Below, piece after piece: positions 20,433 to 29,512 of a stretch of 64,000 nucleotides of DNA; the first letter of the stretch is position 1; each line of letters begins with the position of its first letter. A program made the translations under genes and the position numbers. The stretch is from positions 1-64,000 of the forward strand of contig CAWGIE010000011.1 of assembly GCA_963822585.1 (NCBI GenBank), given 5' to 3'. This stretch comes from an uncultured bacterium (GTDB lineage Bacteria; Auribacterota; Erginobacteria; Erginobacterales; Erginobacteraceae). The notes beneath the pieces are model-generated. The model had not been told where the DNA came from. It saw only the letters and a program-made list of their open reading frames with translations, and ran no database searches.

Positions 20433-21220
20433 ATGAACCGGGAAATCGACAGGGAGATCGGCATCCACGGCGGACGCTGGGAGAGTCTTCACGGGGGCTA
20501 TTTCTCCGATCCGGTCATCGCCGGAATCATGGTCGAGGAGGTGATCGATGTCATCGATAAGGCAAAACCCTCCGTTCTGGCCGACCTGGGAGGAGGAACC
20601 GGTTGCCTGCTTTCACGATTACGGGATGGGGAGCTCTCCCCCGATCTCCGCTTGGTGAACCTCGATCTTTCCCCCCGGCAGCTTTCCCGGGCAGAGAAAC
20701 CCGGGATTTCAACCATCCAGGCTTCCCTCTCCGGATTCAGCCGTGATCTGGTCGCTTCCCGGGGCGACCGCCTTCTCTGCATCATGCGGTCCGCACTCCA
20801 TTATGCCGGAAAAGTCGGCCTCCTGCCGGCCCTGCGTCATATCCGCGCGCAGATGGCGGGGGGGAATATTTCGTTCATCAGACGGCCTGTTTCACCACCA
20901 GAATTGAAGCGGACCGCGTGAATGCCATCTATGCCGGGATGGGATCGATGAAGTGGTTTCCCACGCAAGAAGAGCTGACGGCTCTTCTGAGAACGGCAGG
21001 ATGGGATGTCATTTCCCTCTCCCCGGCGCCGGCACTCCGTTTTGACTCCGATGAATTGAAAGAACGTTACCGGCTGAACGATGACACGGTTAAAAAAATC
21101 CTGACCGGGATACTGAGAGATTTCGGGGAGAAAGAGGACGCTTTTATCGCCCGGGTTCAAGGATTTACCGCCTTTCTGCCCTATTCAATCTTCCGATGCC
21201 GGGCTGGGCGTGATCAGTAA
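20433..21220 (+). pseudogene. SAM-dependent methyltransferase split by a frameshift at a G7 run (20858-20864)
   Basis: LADLGGGTG, IMRSALHY; one extra G gives MAGGEYFVHQTACF... in frame with ORF 20918-21220. Confidence 0.75.
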
Positions 21221-21286
21221 TCGGTGGTCGGTGATCGGTGATCGGTGATCAGTGATCAGTAATCGGTGATCGGTGATCAGTAATCA
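21210..21286. repeat. Heptamer tandem repeat (GTRATCR) x11
   Basis: Read directly; lies between convergent genes and contains the TAA stop at 21218-21220. Confidence 0.92.
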
Positions 21287-21295
21287 GTAGGAGCA

Positions 21296-22759
21296 CTACA
21301 GAGGCGGCTTCTTTTTATGAAACTCCGTATTCCGCTCGAAATGGTGGGCGGCCTTCAATATCTTTTCCTCGGCGAAGGGGGGGGCGATGATCTGGAGGCC
21401 GACGGGGAGGCCGCGCTGATCAAATCCGCAGTTGATCGATAACGCCGGCAGGCCGGCCAGGTTGACGGCGATCGTGAATATGTCCGAGAGGTACATTTGC
21501 AGGGGGTCCTTCAGCCGGGAACCGAGCGCGAACGCGGTAGAGGGAGAAGTGGGCATGATCACGCAGTCGCATTCCGTAAAGGCGCGATCGAAGTCATCTT
21601 TGATCAGGCGCCGGACCTTGAGGGCCTTGGCGTAATACGCGTCGTAGTATCCCGCGCTGAGAACGTAGGTGCCGAGAATGATTCTCCGTTTTACTTCGTC
21701 CCCGAAACCTTCTTTCCTGGTGGCTTCGTACATCTCTCGCAACCCCTTTTCCGCGTTGGACCGGTAGCCGTACTGGACGCCGTCGAAACGGGCCAGGTTG
21801 GAACTTGCCTCGGCAGTGGAGAGGATGTAATAACAGGCAACGGTGTAGGGGATCCGCGGGAGTCCGATCTCGATGACATCGGCGCCCAGTTCCCGATACC
21901 TGGCCAGCGCGGCTTCAAACGCCTTCTTCACCCCCTCTTCCATCCCCTCGGCGAAACACTCTCGGGGGACCCCCAGTTTCATCCCCTCGATCTTTCCTCC
22001 CAAGGCATCGCGAAAACGCGGTACCCCGACCGGAGCGGAGGTGGAATCGCGCGGATCGTGGCCCGCGATCGTTTCTAGAAGAAGCGCGATGTCTTCAACA
22101 TCTTTCCCGAAAGGACCGATCTGGTCGAGGGAGGACGCGTAGGCGATCAGGCCATACCGGGAGACCCGGCCGTAGGTTGGTTTCAGACCGGCAATCCCGC
22201 ACAGCGCCGCCGGCTGACGGATCGATCCGCCGGTATCGGACCCCAGGGAAGACACCGCCTCATCCGCCGCCAGGGCGGCGGCCGAGCCCCCGCTCGAACC
22301 GCCGGGGACGCGGTCCGGGGCCCAGGGGTTGCGGGTGGGAGCGTAACACGAGTTCTCGGTGGAAGATCCCATGGCGAATTCATCCATGTTGGTCTGTCCC
22401 AGAAAAACCGCGCCCGCGGCTTTGAGTTTTTTAACAACGGTGGCGTCGTAGGGGGAGATAAAACCGGCCAATATCCGGGAACCGCAGGTTATCTCCCGCC
22501 CTTTCACGCAAAGGATATCCTTCAGAGCGACCGGGACGCCGGATAAAAGGCCCGGCTCTTCTTTCCCGGCAATCCTCCGGTCAACTTCGGCGGCCATCCG
22601 GAGGGCGCCCTCGCGATCCACGCGGATAAAGCTCCCGATCAGCGGTTCGACTTCATCGATCCGCCGGAGGCACGCCTCGGTCACGGCAACGGCCGTTATT
22701 TGCCGTCGTCCGACCAGATCGGCCACCTCATGCGCCGTTAATTGATTAAGTTCCGTCAT
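21296..22759 (-). CDS. gatA: Asp/Glu-tRNA amidotransferase subunit A
   Basis: TNMDEFAMGSSTENS, PGGSSGGSAA, SDTGGSIRQPA, SSNLARFDG, EVKRRIILG. Confidence 0.98.
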   Translation of the reverse strand: MTELNQLTAHEVADLVGRRQITAVAVTEACLRRIDEVEPLIGSFIRVDREGALRMAAEVDRRIAGKEEPGLLSGVPVALKDILCVKGREITCGSRILAGFISPYDATVVKKLKAAGAVFLGQTNMDEFAMGSSTENSCYAPTRNPWAPDRVPGGSSGGSAAALAADEAVSSLGSDTGGSIRQPAALCGIAGLKPTYGRVSRYGLIAYASSLDQIGPFGKDVEDIALLLETIAGHDPRDSTSAPVGVPRFRDALGGKIEGMKLGVPRECFAEGMEEGVKKAFEAALARYRELGADVIEIGLPRIPYTVACYYILSTAEASSNLARFDGVQYGYRSNAEKGLREMYEATRKEGFGDEVKRRIILGTYVLSAGYYDAYYAKALKVRRLIKDDFDRAFTECDCVIMPTSPSTAFALGSRLKDPLQMYLSDIFTIAVNLAGLPALSINCGFDQRGLPVGLQIIAPPFAEEKILKAAHHFERNTEFHKKKPPL

Positions 22760-22785
22760 TTTATTTTTTCGCAGAAAAAATAAAA

Positions 22786-23082
22786 TTATTCGATCACCGG
22801 CGGGACCTTAAAAAAACCGTCCTTTTTTTCCGGGGCGCTGCGCAGCGCTTCCTCCTGATCGAGACCTCCCCGGACAACGTCTTCACGTACCACGTTCCGG
22901 AGGGGAAGAACATGGGCCAGAGGCTCGATGGCCCGGGTATCCAGCTCCCCCAGCTTCTCCATATAGAGAAGGATATCGTTCAGTTGGCGGACGAACATAT
23001 TTCTGTCTTCCGCGGAAAGACCGAGGCGCGCCAGAGCGGCGACTTTTTCCACATCCGATACCGTGATCTTCCTTTCGGTCAT
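22786..23082 (-). CDS. gatC: Asp/Glu-tRNA amidotransferase subunit C
   Basis: VEKVAALARL, VREDVV, APEKKDGFFKVPPVIE; adjacent to gatA. Confidence 0.96.
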   Translation of the reverse strand: MTERKITVSDVEKVAALARLGLSAEDRNMFVRQLNDILLYMEKLGELDTRAIEPLAHVLPLRNVVREDVVRGGLDQEEALRSAPEKKDGFFKVPPVIE

Positions 23083-23136
23083 CTTGAATTATCCTTTTTG
23101 GTTCTCTTCCCCATCAACCCGTACAAAGCCGGCTCA

Positions 23137-23427
23137 TTAACCTGGATTATTCATGAAAATTAAAAATTTTCATGAATAATCCAGGTTACTAATTGTCGTT
23201 CAATGTATTATGAATAGCAATCTTGTTTATACGGCGACAGCACTCTACTTTTTCTTTTCCAAAAGGGAAACATGTTATTCTTCATGTTAACGCGGCCGGC
23301 AGAAGTAGCCCTTTGGCTGGAATTCATTGCCAGAGAATTTGATAAAATCAATATCTTTTCGCGTGGCTGTTTATTTAATCTTTATCATGGTTCAAAACTA
23401 ACCCGATTTATGAATAAATCGGGTTAA
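23137..23427 (+). mobile_element. 291-bp TTAA-bounded double-hairpin MITE-like element, copy 1
   Basis: Left hairpin TAACCTGGATTATTCATGAAAATT..AATTTTCATGAATAATCCAGGTTA; right hairpin TAACCCGATTTAT..ATAAATCGGGTTA; homologues at 37576 and 59025. Confidence 0.88.
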
Positions 23428-24317
23428 CGTTCCCTGGTAATTTCACCCAGGGCGATGGAGAGACGGGAGAAATCGTCAGCCGAGAGACGCTCCGCCCGCT
23501 GCCGCGGATCAATCCCGGCCCGCGCACAGGCGGTAACGACCTCTTCTTCAGTATAGTCCAGGGTATCATCCGCGACCAGAGCATTTTTCAGCATTTTCCT
23601 TCGTTGAGAAAACGCCGCCCGAACCACCGGGCGCCACATCACCGGATTGCCGGTCGCCCGCAAAGGAGGAGGAAGCATCTCAAACCGAATGATGACGGAA
23701 TCGACCCGGGGACGCGGGTAAAACGAATTCCGGCTGACGGAGGAGACGATCCGGCATCGGCTGTACATACGGGAAAACACGCTCAGCCTTCCATAGCGCT
23801 TCCCTCCCGGGGGGCTGACAATTCGTTCGCCGACTTCTTTCTGCACCATCAGAACCAATACGCTGAACCCGGCAGCGGACTCGAGCAGTTTGACCAGGAG
23901 TGGGCCGGAAATGGAATAGGGAAGATTGGCCACAACCTTCAGAGCGGAGACGGCCGGCACACCGGCCGTCAGCCGCGCGGCCAGGGAAGCCAAATCCGTT
24001 TTTAAAAAATCTTCCTCGATAATTTCCAGATTCAGACAGCCGCGGGTCCGCTCCCGGAGAATCCGGGTCAGTCCCCTGTCCCATTCCACGGCGATCACCC
24101 GGGCCGCACGCCGGGTTAGTTCCCCCGTCAGTGTTCCCGGGCCGGGGCCGATCTCCAGCACGGCATCGGTTGCCCCGAGATCGGCGGCAGTGATAATCTT
24201 CTCCGCTATATTGCGATCGATGAGGAAGTTCTGTCCCCGGCTCTTCCGGGGAGCCAGACCGCCTTCCTGCAAAAGATTCCGAAGGTATACCGGGCTGAAG
24301 AGAGAATTGTCGCTCAT
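23424..24317 (-). CDS. rsmA: 16S rRNA m6,6A dimethyltransferase KsgA/RsmA
   Basis: KSRGQNFLID, VLEIGPGPGTLT, VANLPYSIS, MVQKEV, AFSQRRKML. Confidence 0.97.
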   Translation of the reverse strand: MSDNSLFSPVYLRNLLQEGGLAPRKSRGQNFLIDRNIAEKIITAADLGATDAVLEIGPGPGTLTGELTRRAARVIAVEWDRGLTRILRERTRGCLNLEIIEEDFLKTDLASLAARLTAGVPAVSALKVVANLPYSISGPLLVKLLESAAGFSVLVLMVQKEVGERIVSPPGGKRYGRLSVFSRMYSRCRIVSSVSRNSFYPRPRVDSVIIRFEMLPPPLRATGNPVMWRPVVRAAFSQRRKMLKNALVADDTLDYTEEEVVTACARAGIDPRQRAERLSADDFSRLSIALGEITRER

Positions 24318-25336
24318 GATTCAGTTGTGGGATTTAACCTCGTAGAGGTCAAGAAACAGGCGGTTTTGACGGCCTCGATCATTGAAGAGGGATCGGCGAT
24401 GCCGCGCCCGGCAATATCATAAGCTGTCCCATGATCGGGTGAGGTGCGGATAAACGGCAATCCCAGGGTGATGTTCACACCCCGGTCAAAGGCCGCCATC
24501 TTGAGCGGTATCAGCCCCTGGTCATGGTACATAACGACGGCAACGTCATATTCTCCCCGGGCCATTTTATAAAAAAGAGTATCCGGCGGCAGAGGCCCGG
24601 CAACCGCCAACCCGGCGCCCCGGGCCGCCGCGACGGCCGGGGCGATCACCCTCGCCTCTTCGTCGCCGAAGCCCCCCCCCTCCCCCCCGTGCGGATTGAG
24701 ACCGGCGACCGCGATCTTCGGTTCCGGTACCCGAAAGCGGATCATTGCTTCATGGGCCAGGAAAATCTTGCGGATGATCTCATCTTTCTTCAGGGAGCGG
24801 CTCACGTCGCGAAGGGGGATATGAACGGTGACCAGGACCACCCTGATATCCCCTCCAACCAACATCATCGCGTAATCGCGGGTACCGGTCAGAGAAGCGA
24901 GATAATCCGTATGGCCCTGGAAGGTGTATCCGGCCCGATGTATCCCCTCTTTATTGATGGGGGCGGTCACCAGGGCCGCGCGTTCTTCCCTCTGCACCAT
25001 CTTCACGCCCGCGGCCACCGCGGCCATCGCCGCTCGGGCCCAGCCGGTATCGATTCGACCCGGAACGGGGAGCGTTTCCGGAGCATCCCCAATCTGCAAA
25101 ATATGCAGCCCCTTTCTCCCCCATCGCACCTGGGATACATCGCGATAGACATGAACCGGGAGATCAAGGCCCAGAGGAGGAAGAATCTCTCTGAATACAC
25201 GGTGATCGCCGATGATCAGTGGGAGGCAGAGATTGGAGATGCCGGAAGAGGTGAGCGCCTTCAGGACCACCTCCGGTCCGATCCCGGCGGCGTCCCCCAT
25301 GCTGACGGCCAACTTAATACGCGGCAATTTCACCAA
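24314..25336 (-). CDS. pdxA: 4-hydroxythreonine-4-phosphate dehydrogenase
   Basis: MGDAAGIGPE, TAPINKE, GHTDYLA, GLNPHGGE, MYHDQGLIPLK, RTSPDHGTAYDIAG. Confidence 0.96.
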   Translation of the reverse strand: MVKLPRIKLAVSMGDAAGIGPEVVLKALTSSGISNLCLPLIIGDHRVFREILPPLGLDLPVHVYRDVSQVRWGRKGLHILQIGDAPETLPVPGRIDTGWARAAMAAVAAGVKMVQREERAALVTAPINKEGIHRAGYTFQGHTDYLASLTGTRDYAMMLVGGDIRVVLVTVHIPLRDVSRSLKKDEIIRKIFLAHEAMIRFRVPEPKIAVAGLNPHGGEGGGFGDEEARVIAPAVAAARGAGLAVAGPLPPDTLFYKMARGEYDVAVVMYHDQGLIPLKMAAFDRGVNITLGLPFIRTSPDHGTAYDIAGRGIADPSSMIEAVKTACFLTSTRLNPTTES

Positions 25337-25348
25337 TAAATTAGCGAG

Positions 25349-26296
25349 CTAATTTATAACCACACGCGCCCGGGATTTCAGGGTTTCGATCCATTCGTCA
25401 TACCGTTTCTGGAATTCCGCCTGATAGAGCTTGTCTTCGATCTCATCCCAGAGTTCTTCCAGGGGCTTCTGATAGGCCTCTTTCTTCCCGGTGCATTTTA
25501 TCACATGGTAGCCGAGCTCGGTCTCGATGATGCCGCTGTTCTCTCCCACCTGCAGGGAGAAGGCTTTCTCATCAAGCTGGGGCCGCATCTCGCCTTTTTT
25601 AAAATAACCGAGATCGCCGCCCTGATCGGCCCGCGGACCACCGGAATATTTTCGGGCCAGCTCGGAAAAATCACCCCCCGATTTCAGCTCCCGGAGGATT
25701 GTCTCGGCGACTTCCCGGGCCGCCTCTTTCTGGCCTGGTTCCGTCCCGGCGGTGATCAGGATATGGCTGATCCTGACCATCTGGTCCTCCCGGTATTCGT
25801 CTTCGTGCTTCCGGTAATAATCGATAATTTCCTGTGGAGAGACGACGATCACCGAGGTTATTTTCTGATACGTCAGCGCTTTCACCTTGAACTGGTCTTC
25901 CAGGTTTTTTCTGTACTTATCCTCATCCAGCCCTTCCTGGGTCAGGGCTCGATCGAATTCTTCCCGGGTGGAGAACCGGGACTGTGCCTCTTCGAAGCGC
26001 TTGTCGATCTCCATCTGATCAATCTTGAAATTCTCGATTGACTGTGCCTCCTGCAAAATCAACTGATGTTCTATCCAGCTGTTAATAGCGGCGGCCCGGG
26101 TCTTCTTCATGCGGGAGGCGAGTTCCTGACCCCGGCTGGAGAGCTCGTATTGTCGAAAAAGCGGCGTCAACATCTGCGTCAGTTCACTGGTGGTGAGTAT
26201 GCTGTCATTAACCTGGGCCTCTATCTTTTCCCGAGCCGGAGGTGAGGCCAGGAGGAGCAGGCATGTGCAGCCGATTGTTAAACCCTGGATGATCAT
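25349..26296 (-). CDS. SurA-like parvulin peptidyl-prolyl isomerase/chaperone
   Basis: SurA_N-like region plus VRISHILI...FSELARKYS...GGDLGYF...GYHVIK; position upstream of pdxA-rsmA. Confidence 0.88.
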   Translation of the reverse strand: MIIQGLTIGCTCLLLLASPPAREKIEAQVNDSILTTSELTQMLTPLFRQYELSSRGQELASRMKKTRAAAINSWIEHQLILQEAQSIENFKIDQMEIDKRFEEAQSRFSTREEFDRALTQEGLDEDKYRKNLEDQFKVKALTYQKITSVIVVSPQEIIDYYRKHEDEYREDQMVRISHILITAGTEPGQKEAAREVAETILRELKSGGDFSELARKYSGGPRADQGGDLGYFKKGEMRPQLDEKAFSLQVGENSGIIETELGYHVIKCTGKKEAYQKPLEELWDEIEDKLYQAEFQKRYDEWIETLKSRARVVIN

Positions 26297-26409
26297 AGCA
26301 AGTTAGCTCCTCCGGCGCAACTTGGTGTAAAGTTTAAAGTGGAAAGTGTTAGGGATCTAGACACTTTACACCTGACACTTTACACATCTGTATTGAAGTT
26401 CCGAACCAG
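26297..26409. repeat. ~110-bp element homologous to 11121-11220
   Basis: AGCAAGTTAG..CCTCCGGCGCAACTTG ... TTTACAC repeats ... TATTGAAGTTCCGAA. Confidence 0.75.
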
Positions 26410-26420
26410 TCAAATGTAAA

Positions 26421-27329
26421 TTACTTGGCCTCCCGGAGGGCTTGCTGCTGCTGCTCCCGGAGCCGGTTGATCAGGTCGTCGTTCTTCCAGATAGTGGACT
26501 GAGCGGCCAGCCGGGATTTGACCGCGTCGAATTTCGCTTTTCTTTCGGCCGCGAGCAGAATCGCGCTGATCTCGTCCCGGCATTCTTCCAGTGTCTTTTC
26601 CCGCGGGGGTTTGCGGTCGGTGACGGTAATCAGATGGAAACCGTATTCGGTTTTTATCGGCTGGCTGATTTCCCCGATCTTCAGCTCTTCAGCCGCATTC
26701 TTGAATTCCGGAGATATCTGGTCCGGTCGGTAGTATCCAAGGTCACCGCCCCGGTCGGCGCTGCTTCCTCCGGAGACTTCCCGGGCCACATTCGCGAAAT
26801 CCGCTCCGGCGGAAAGCCTTTCTTTGACCTGCAGACAGCGGGCAACGGCATCCTCTTCGGTCTCATCTTTACCGACCTTGATAACAATGTGGCTGAATCG
26901 TGTCAGCGCGGGTACCGTAAAAGCGGCCTTGTGGTTCGCCCAGTACTTTTCTATCTCATTCTCCGCAGGCGGTTTCACCGTCAGAACTTCTTGATTAAGA
27001 AGAGCTTCCACCATCAGCTGCTCACGGTATCTTTCCACCTCTTGCTTAAACTTTTCATCCTGATCAATCTTCCTGCGCCGGGCTTCAATCAAGAACAGCT
27101 TTTCCGCGATCATGTCGTCAATAAATTGATCGATGCTCTCTGGAGAGGCAGCGGGCTGGGGGGGCGGCTGCCGCATCCATTCATCCTTGAATTCATCAAG
27201 CGTTATCACGGACTTGTCGACCTTGACCAGTATGTTTTCAGGGCTTTTCTCCCCGCAGGCGCAGGTCATGAGCCCGAGGGGGGCAAGAATGAACAAAGAC
27301 AAGATGCACCAGGAAAAATTTTTCTTCAT
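26421..27329 (-). CDS. PpiC/PrsA-like parvulin PPIase, probable lipoprotein
   Basis: Lipoprotein-like signal (CACG); FSHIVI, GGDLGYY, IKTEYGFHLI. Confidence 0.88.
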   Translation of the reverse strand: MKKNFSWCILSLFILAPLGLMTCACGEKSPENILVKVDKSVITLDEFKDEWMRQPPPQPAASPESIDQFIDDMIAEKLFLIEARRRKIDQDEKFKQEVERYREQLMVEALLNQEVLTVKPPAENEIEKYWANHKAAFTVPALTRFSHIVIKVGKDETEEDAVARCLQVKERLSAGADFANVAREVSGGSSADRGGDLGYYRPDQISPEFKNAAEELKIGEISQPIKTEYGFHLITVTDRKPPREKTLEECRDEISAILLAAERKAKFDAVKSRLAAQSTIWKNDDLINRLREQQQQALREAK

Positions 27330-27433
27330 CAGCAGTCTCCTCCAGCATATGCTTCCGTTTTAATCTCCGGGGCAATTATATAACAGTCCATCACTTTGAT
27401 TTCAACGTTTTTCCCTGATCTTCTTATCGACTC

Positions 27434-27462
27434 TTGACAAAACCGTAATGGATTCTTACCAT
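27434..27462 (+). promoter_or_regulatory. Sigma70-type promoter for the tRNA locus
   Basis: TTGACA - 17 bp - TACCAT. Confidence 0.7.
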
Positions 27463-27511
27463 GCAGCTTCAATAATAGAACTAAAATTTTCGCGGCGGCG
27501 AAAATTTTAAA

Positions 27512-27535
27512 GCCGAAGTGGTGGAACTGGCAGAC
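27512..27535 (+). repeat. Exact 24-bp copy of the tRNA-Leu 5' end
   Basis: GCCGAAGTGGTGGAACTGGCAGAC, 100 bp upstream of the intact tRNA. Confidence 0.9.
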
Positions 27536-27611
27536 CCCTAAAGCAAGCTTTCGGGGCGGAGCACCATCTCCACTCCGGTTTAATGCTCTTTCAAAGGAAA
27601 GTCGCTTTTCA

Positions 27612-27695
27612 GCCGAAGTGGTGGAACTGGCAGACACGCATGGTTCAGGACCATGTGGGGGCAACCTCTTGGGGGTTCGAATCCCCCCTTCGGCA
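27612..27695 (+). tRNA. tRNA-Leu(CAG)
   Basis: Acceptor GCCGAAG/CTTCGGC + A; anticodon arm CATGG-TTCAGGA-CCATG; long variable arm; T-arm GGGGG-TTCGAAT-CCCCC; CCA not encoded. Confidence 0.97.
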
Positions 27696-27829
27696 CTGAT
27701 ATACTCAAAGGGTTCTGCGCCGGAGGCGCATCAGCCTCCGGCTGAGAATCACCCCTTCGGCACTGATATATTTAAAGGATTCTGCGCCGGAGGCGCATCA
27801 GCCTCCGGCTGAGAATCCCCCCTTCGGCA
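27679..27829 (+). repeat. 67-bp tandem repeat containing the tRNA 3' end plus a REP-like hairpin
   Basis: GAATCMCCCCTTCGGCA at 27679, 27746 and 27813, separated by TGCGCCGGAGGCGCATCAGCCTCCGGCTGA. Confidence 0.9.
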
Positions 27830-27836
27830 ATAAAAC

Positions 27837-27873
27837 GAGTTATCCCCGCCTATCGGCGGGGATAACTCATTTT
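27837..27873 (+). terminator. Rho-independent terminator
   Basis: 14-bp stem GAGTTATCCCCGCC-TATC-GGCGGGGATAACTC followed by ATTTT. Confidence 0.8.
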
Positions 27874-28011
27874 AGTTTTGAACAATGACGAAGGCCAAAA
27901 GAACGGCGATGCGAAAAAGGGTTCATTATAGTCTTTCGTGTAATTCCGGGGACACAATACATAATGCGTCCGGTGAAATCCTGGAATTAAGTATGATGTC
28001 TCCGGAATTCG

Positions 28012-28227
28012 CACAGACAGGAATGTCTGTGCCACCTTTCACCCACAGACAGGAATGTCTGTGCTACCTTTCACCCACAGACAGGAATGTCTGTGCCACC
28101 TTTCACCCACAGACAGGAATGTCTGTGCCACCTTTCACCCACAGACAGGAATGTCTGTGCTACCTTTCACCCACAGACAGGAATGTCTGTGCTACCTTTC
28201 ACCCACAGACAGGAATGTCTGTGCTAC
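28012..28227 (-). repeat. Tandem array of 7 REP-like units (32-bp period)
   Basis: Minus strand GTRG + CACAGACA-TTCC-TGTCTGTG hairpin; constant 8-bp linker. Confidence 0.92.
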
Positions 28228-28260
28228 ACTAAACAGCCAGAGATGTCTGTGGTTTCGTGG

Positions 28261-29337
28261 TTACGTCTTTATCCGGGCGAGGCGGGCGAAGGCCCGCCTC
28301 TTTTCATAGTAATCCACCCGGCTTTTATTAAGCATCTCTTCCAGGACGGCAATTGACCGATCATAGTTCTCCCGGTCAACCGGGAAGGGAATCCCGTCCT
28401 TCCCCCCATGAGCGAAGCTGTAGCGGGCCGGATCGCGGGTGCTGGCCCGGGTCCCGTAGATCAGCTCCGAGAGCAGGTTGAACGCCCGCAGGCTCTTCGG
28501 TCCCAGCCCCTGCACCAGGAGCATGCTCTCGAACGAACCCGGGCGCTGCTCCCCCAGGCTCTGGACCAGCTTCACCATCCGGGTCGAGACCAGATCCGAG
28601 GGGAGGATATGATGCCGGGACGGCAGGTTCAAGGAAGCTATCTTCCTCAGCTCACCGACCGTTTCCCGCGGATTCAGGAGCCCCACCCGGACGATCCCCG
28701 AGCGGGCCGGCTCGCTCTCCCCGGCCGCCAGGTTTAATACCTCTTCCTCCCGCCGGTCGCAGCAGACGGCTTGATGAGGATCGGAGACGAAACTCCGCAG
28801 CTCTTCTCCCAGCCAGTGGTAGCGCCGGGCGTAGCGGGTCGTCTCGTTCATCCCCTGCTGCACAACGGCCCACGAACCGTCCCCGGTGAAGAAGAAGGAG
28901 TGGTGGTAAATCTGGTATCCGTCCTGGAGAGCGGTGTTGTCCACTTTGGCCGACAATCGGCTGTTATAGACCAGTTCTTCTCCATCGGCGCCAAGTCGGG
29001 AGCAGAACTGCCTGATTTCGCCCGGGGTTTTCCGGGAAGCCGCCCCTTTTCCTCCGCAGACATAGAGACCGGTATCCTTCTCCAGCCCCTTCACCCCCAT
29101 CTTGAGGGCCCCGCAGACGGTGGTGGTGAGGCCGCTCGAGTGCCAGTCGAAACCGAGGAGGCAGCCGAAGGCCTGGAACCAGAAGGGATCGGATAGTCTG
29201 CGGAGTATCTCCCCGGGGCCGAAATCCTCGGCCATGAGAACGATGACGGCCCGGGACAGTTTCCGCATCCGGCCGAAGAGCCAGGCAGGGGCTTTCCCGT
29301 GATGAAGAGGGAGGTTGGCAATCCCCGTCCGTGCCAT
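28261..29337 (-). CDS. DUF763 family protein
   Basis: LPLHHGKAPAWLF, DPFWFQAFGC, DWHSSGLTT, SAKVDN..LQDGYQIYHH, AHGGKDG.PFPV. Confidence 0.92.
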   Translation of the reverse strand: MARTGIANLPLHHGKAPAWLFGRMRKLSRAVIVLMAEDFGPGEILRRLSDPFWFQAFGCLLGFDWHSSGLTTTVCGALKMGVKGLEKDTGLYVCGGKGAASRKTPGEIRQFCSRLGADGEELVYNSRLSAKVDNTALQDGYQIYHHSFFFTGDGSWAVVQQGMNETTRYARRYHWLGEELRSFVSDPHQAVCCDRREEEVLNLAAGESEPARSGIVRVGLLNPRETVGELRKIASLNLPSRHHILPSDLVSTRMVKLVQSLGEQRPGSFESMLLVQGLGPKSLRAFNLLSELIYGTRASTRDPARYSFAHGGKDGIPFPVDRENYDRSIAVLEEMLNKSRVDYYEKRRAFARLARIKT

Positions 29338-29370
29338 GGTAAGCTCCAAACAAAGAAAAAACTACATCTG

Positions 29371-29470
29371 ATTAAACCACGAAGTACACGAAGAATAGTT
29401 GAGAAAACAAATAAGATTTAGCTCATTTTTTACAAATCTTCGTGATCTTCGTGTCCTTCGTGGTTTTAAT
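29371..29470. repeat. Nonamer-based (CACGAAGNN) inverted-repeat element, copy 1
   Basis: CCACGAAGTACACGAAG ... CTTCGTGATCTTCGTGTCCTTCGTGG. Confidence 0.82.
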
Positions 29471-29512
29471 TAATTTAGTCTCAATGTGATATATTTTTCG
29501 ATCAGGGTATAA

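Noticed and set aside
21296..23082. gatCA without adjacent gatB (and murC-ddl without murB)
   Set aside because: Split arrangements are common, and the genes may lie elsewhere in the genome
23190..23395. Protein-coding interior of the 290-bp element
   Set aside because: The frames I checked have stops at different positions in the three copies; no shared intact ORF
28012..28227. CRISPR array
   Set aside because: Linkers are an identical 8 bp rather than unique spacers, and there are no cas genes; it is a REP-like tandem repeat
27885..28356. ORFs with QTGMSV/THRQEC repeats
   Set aside because: Artefacts of the stop-free 32-bp array
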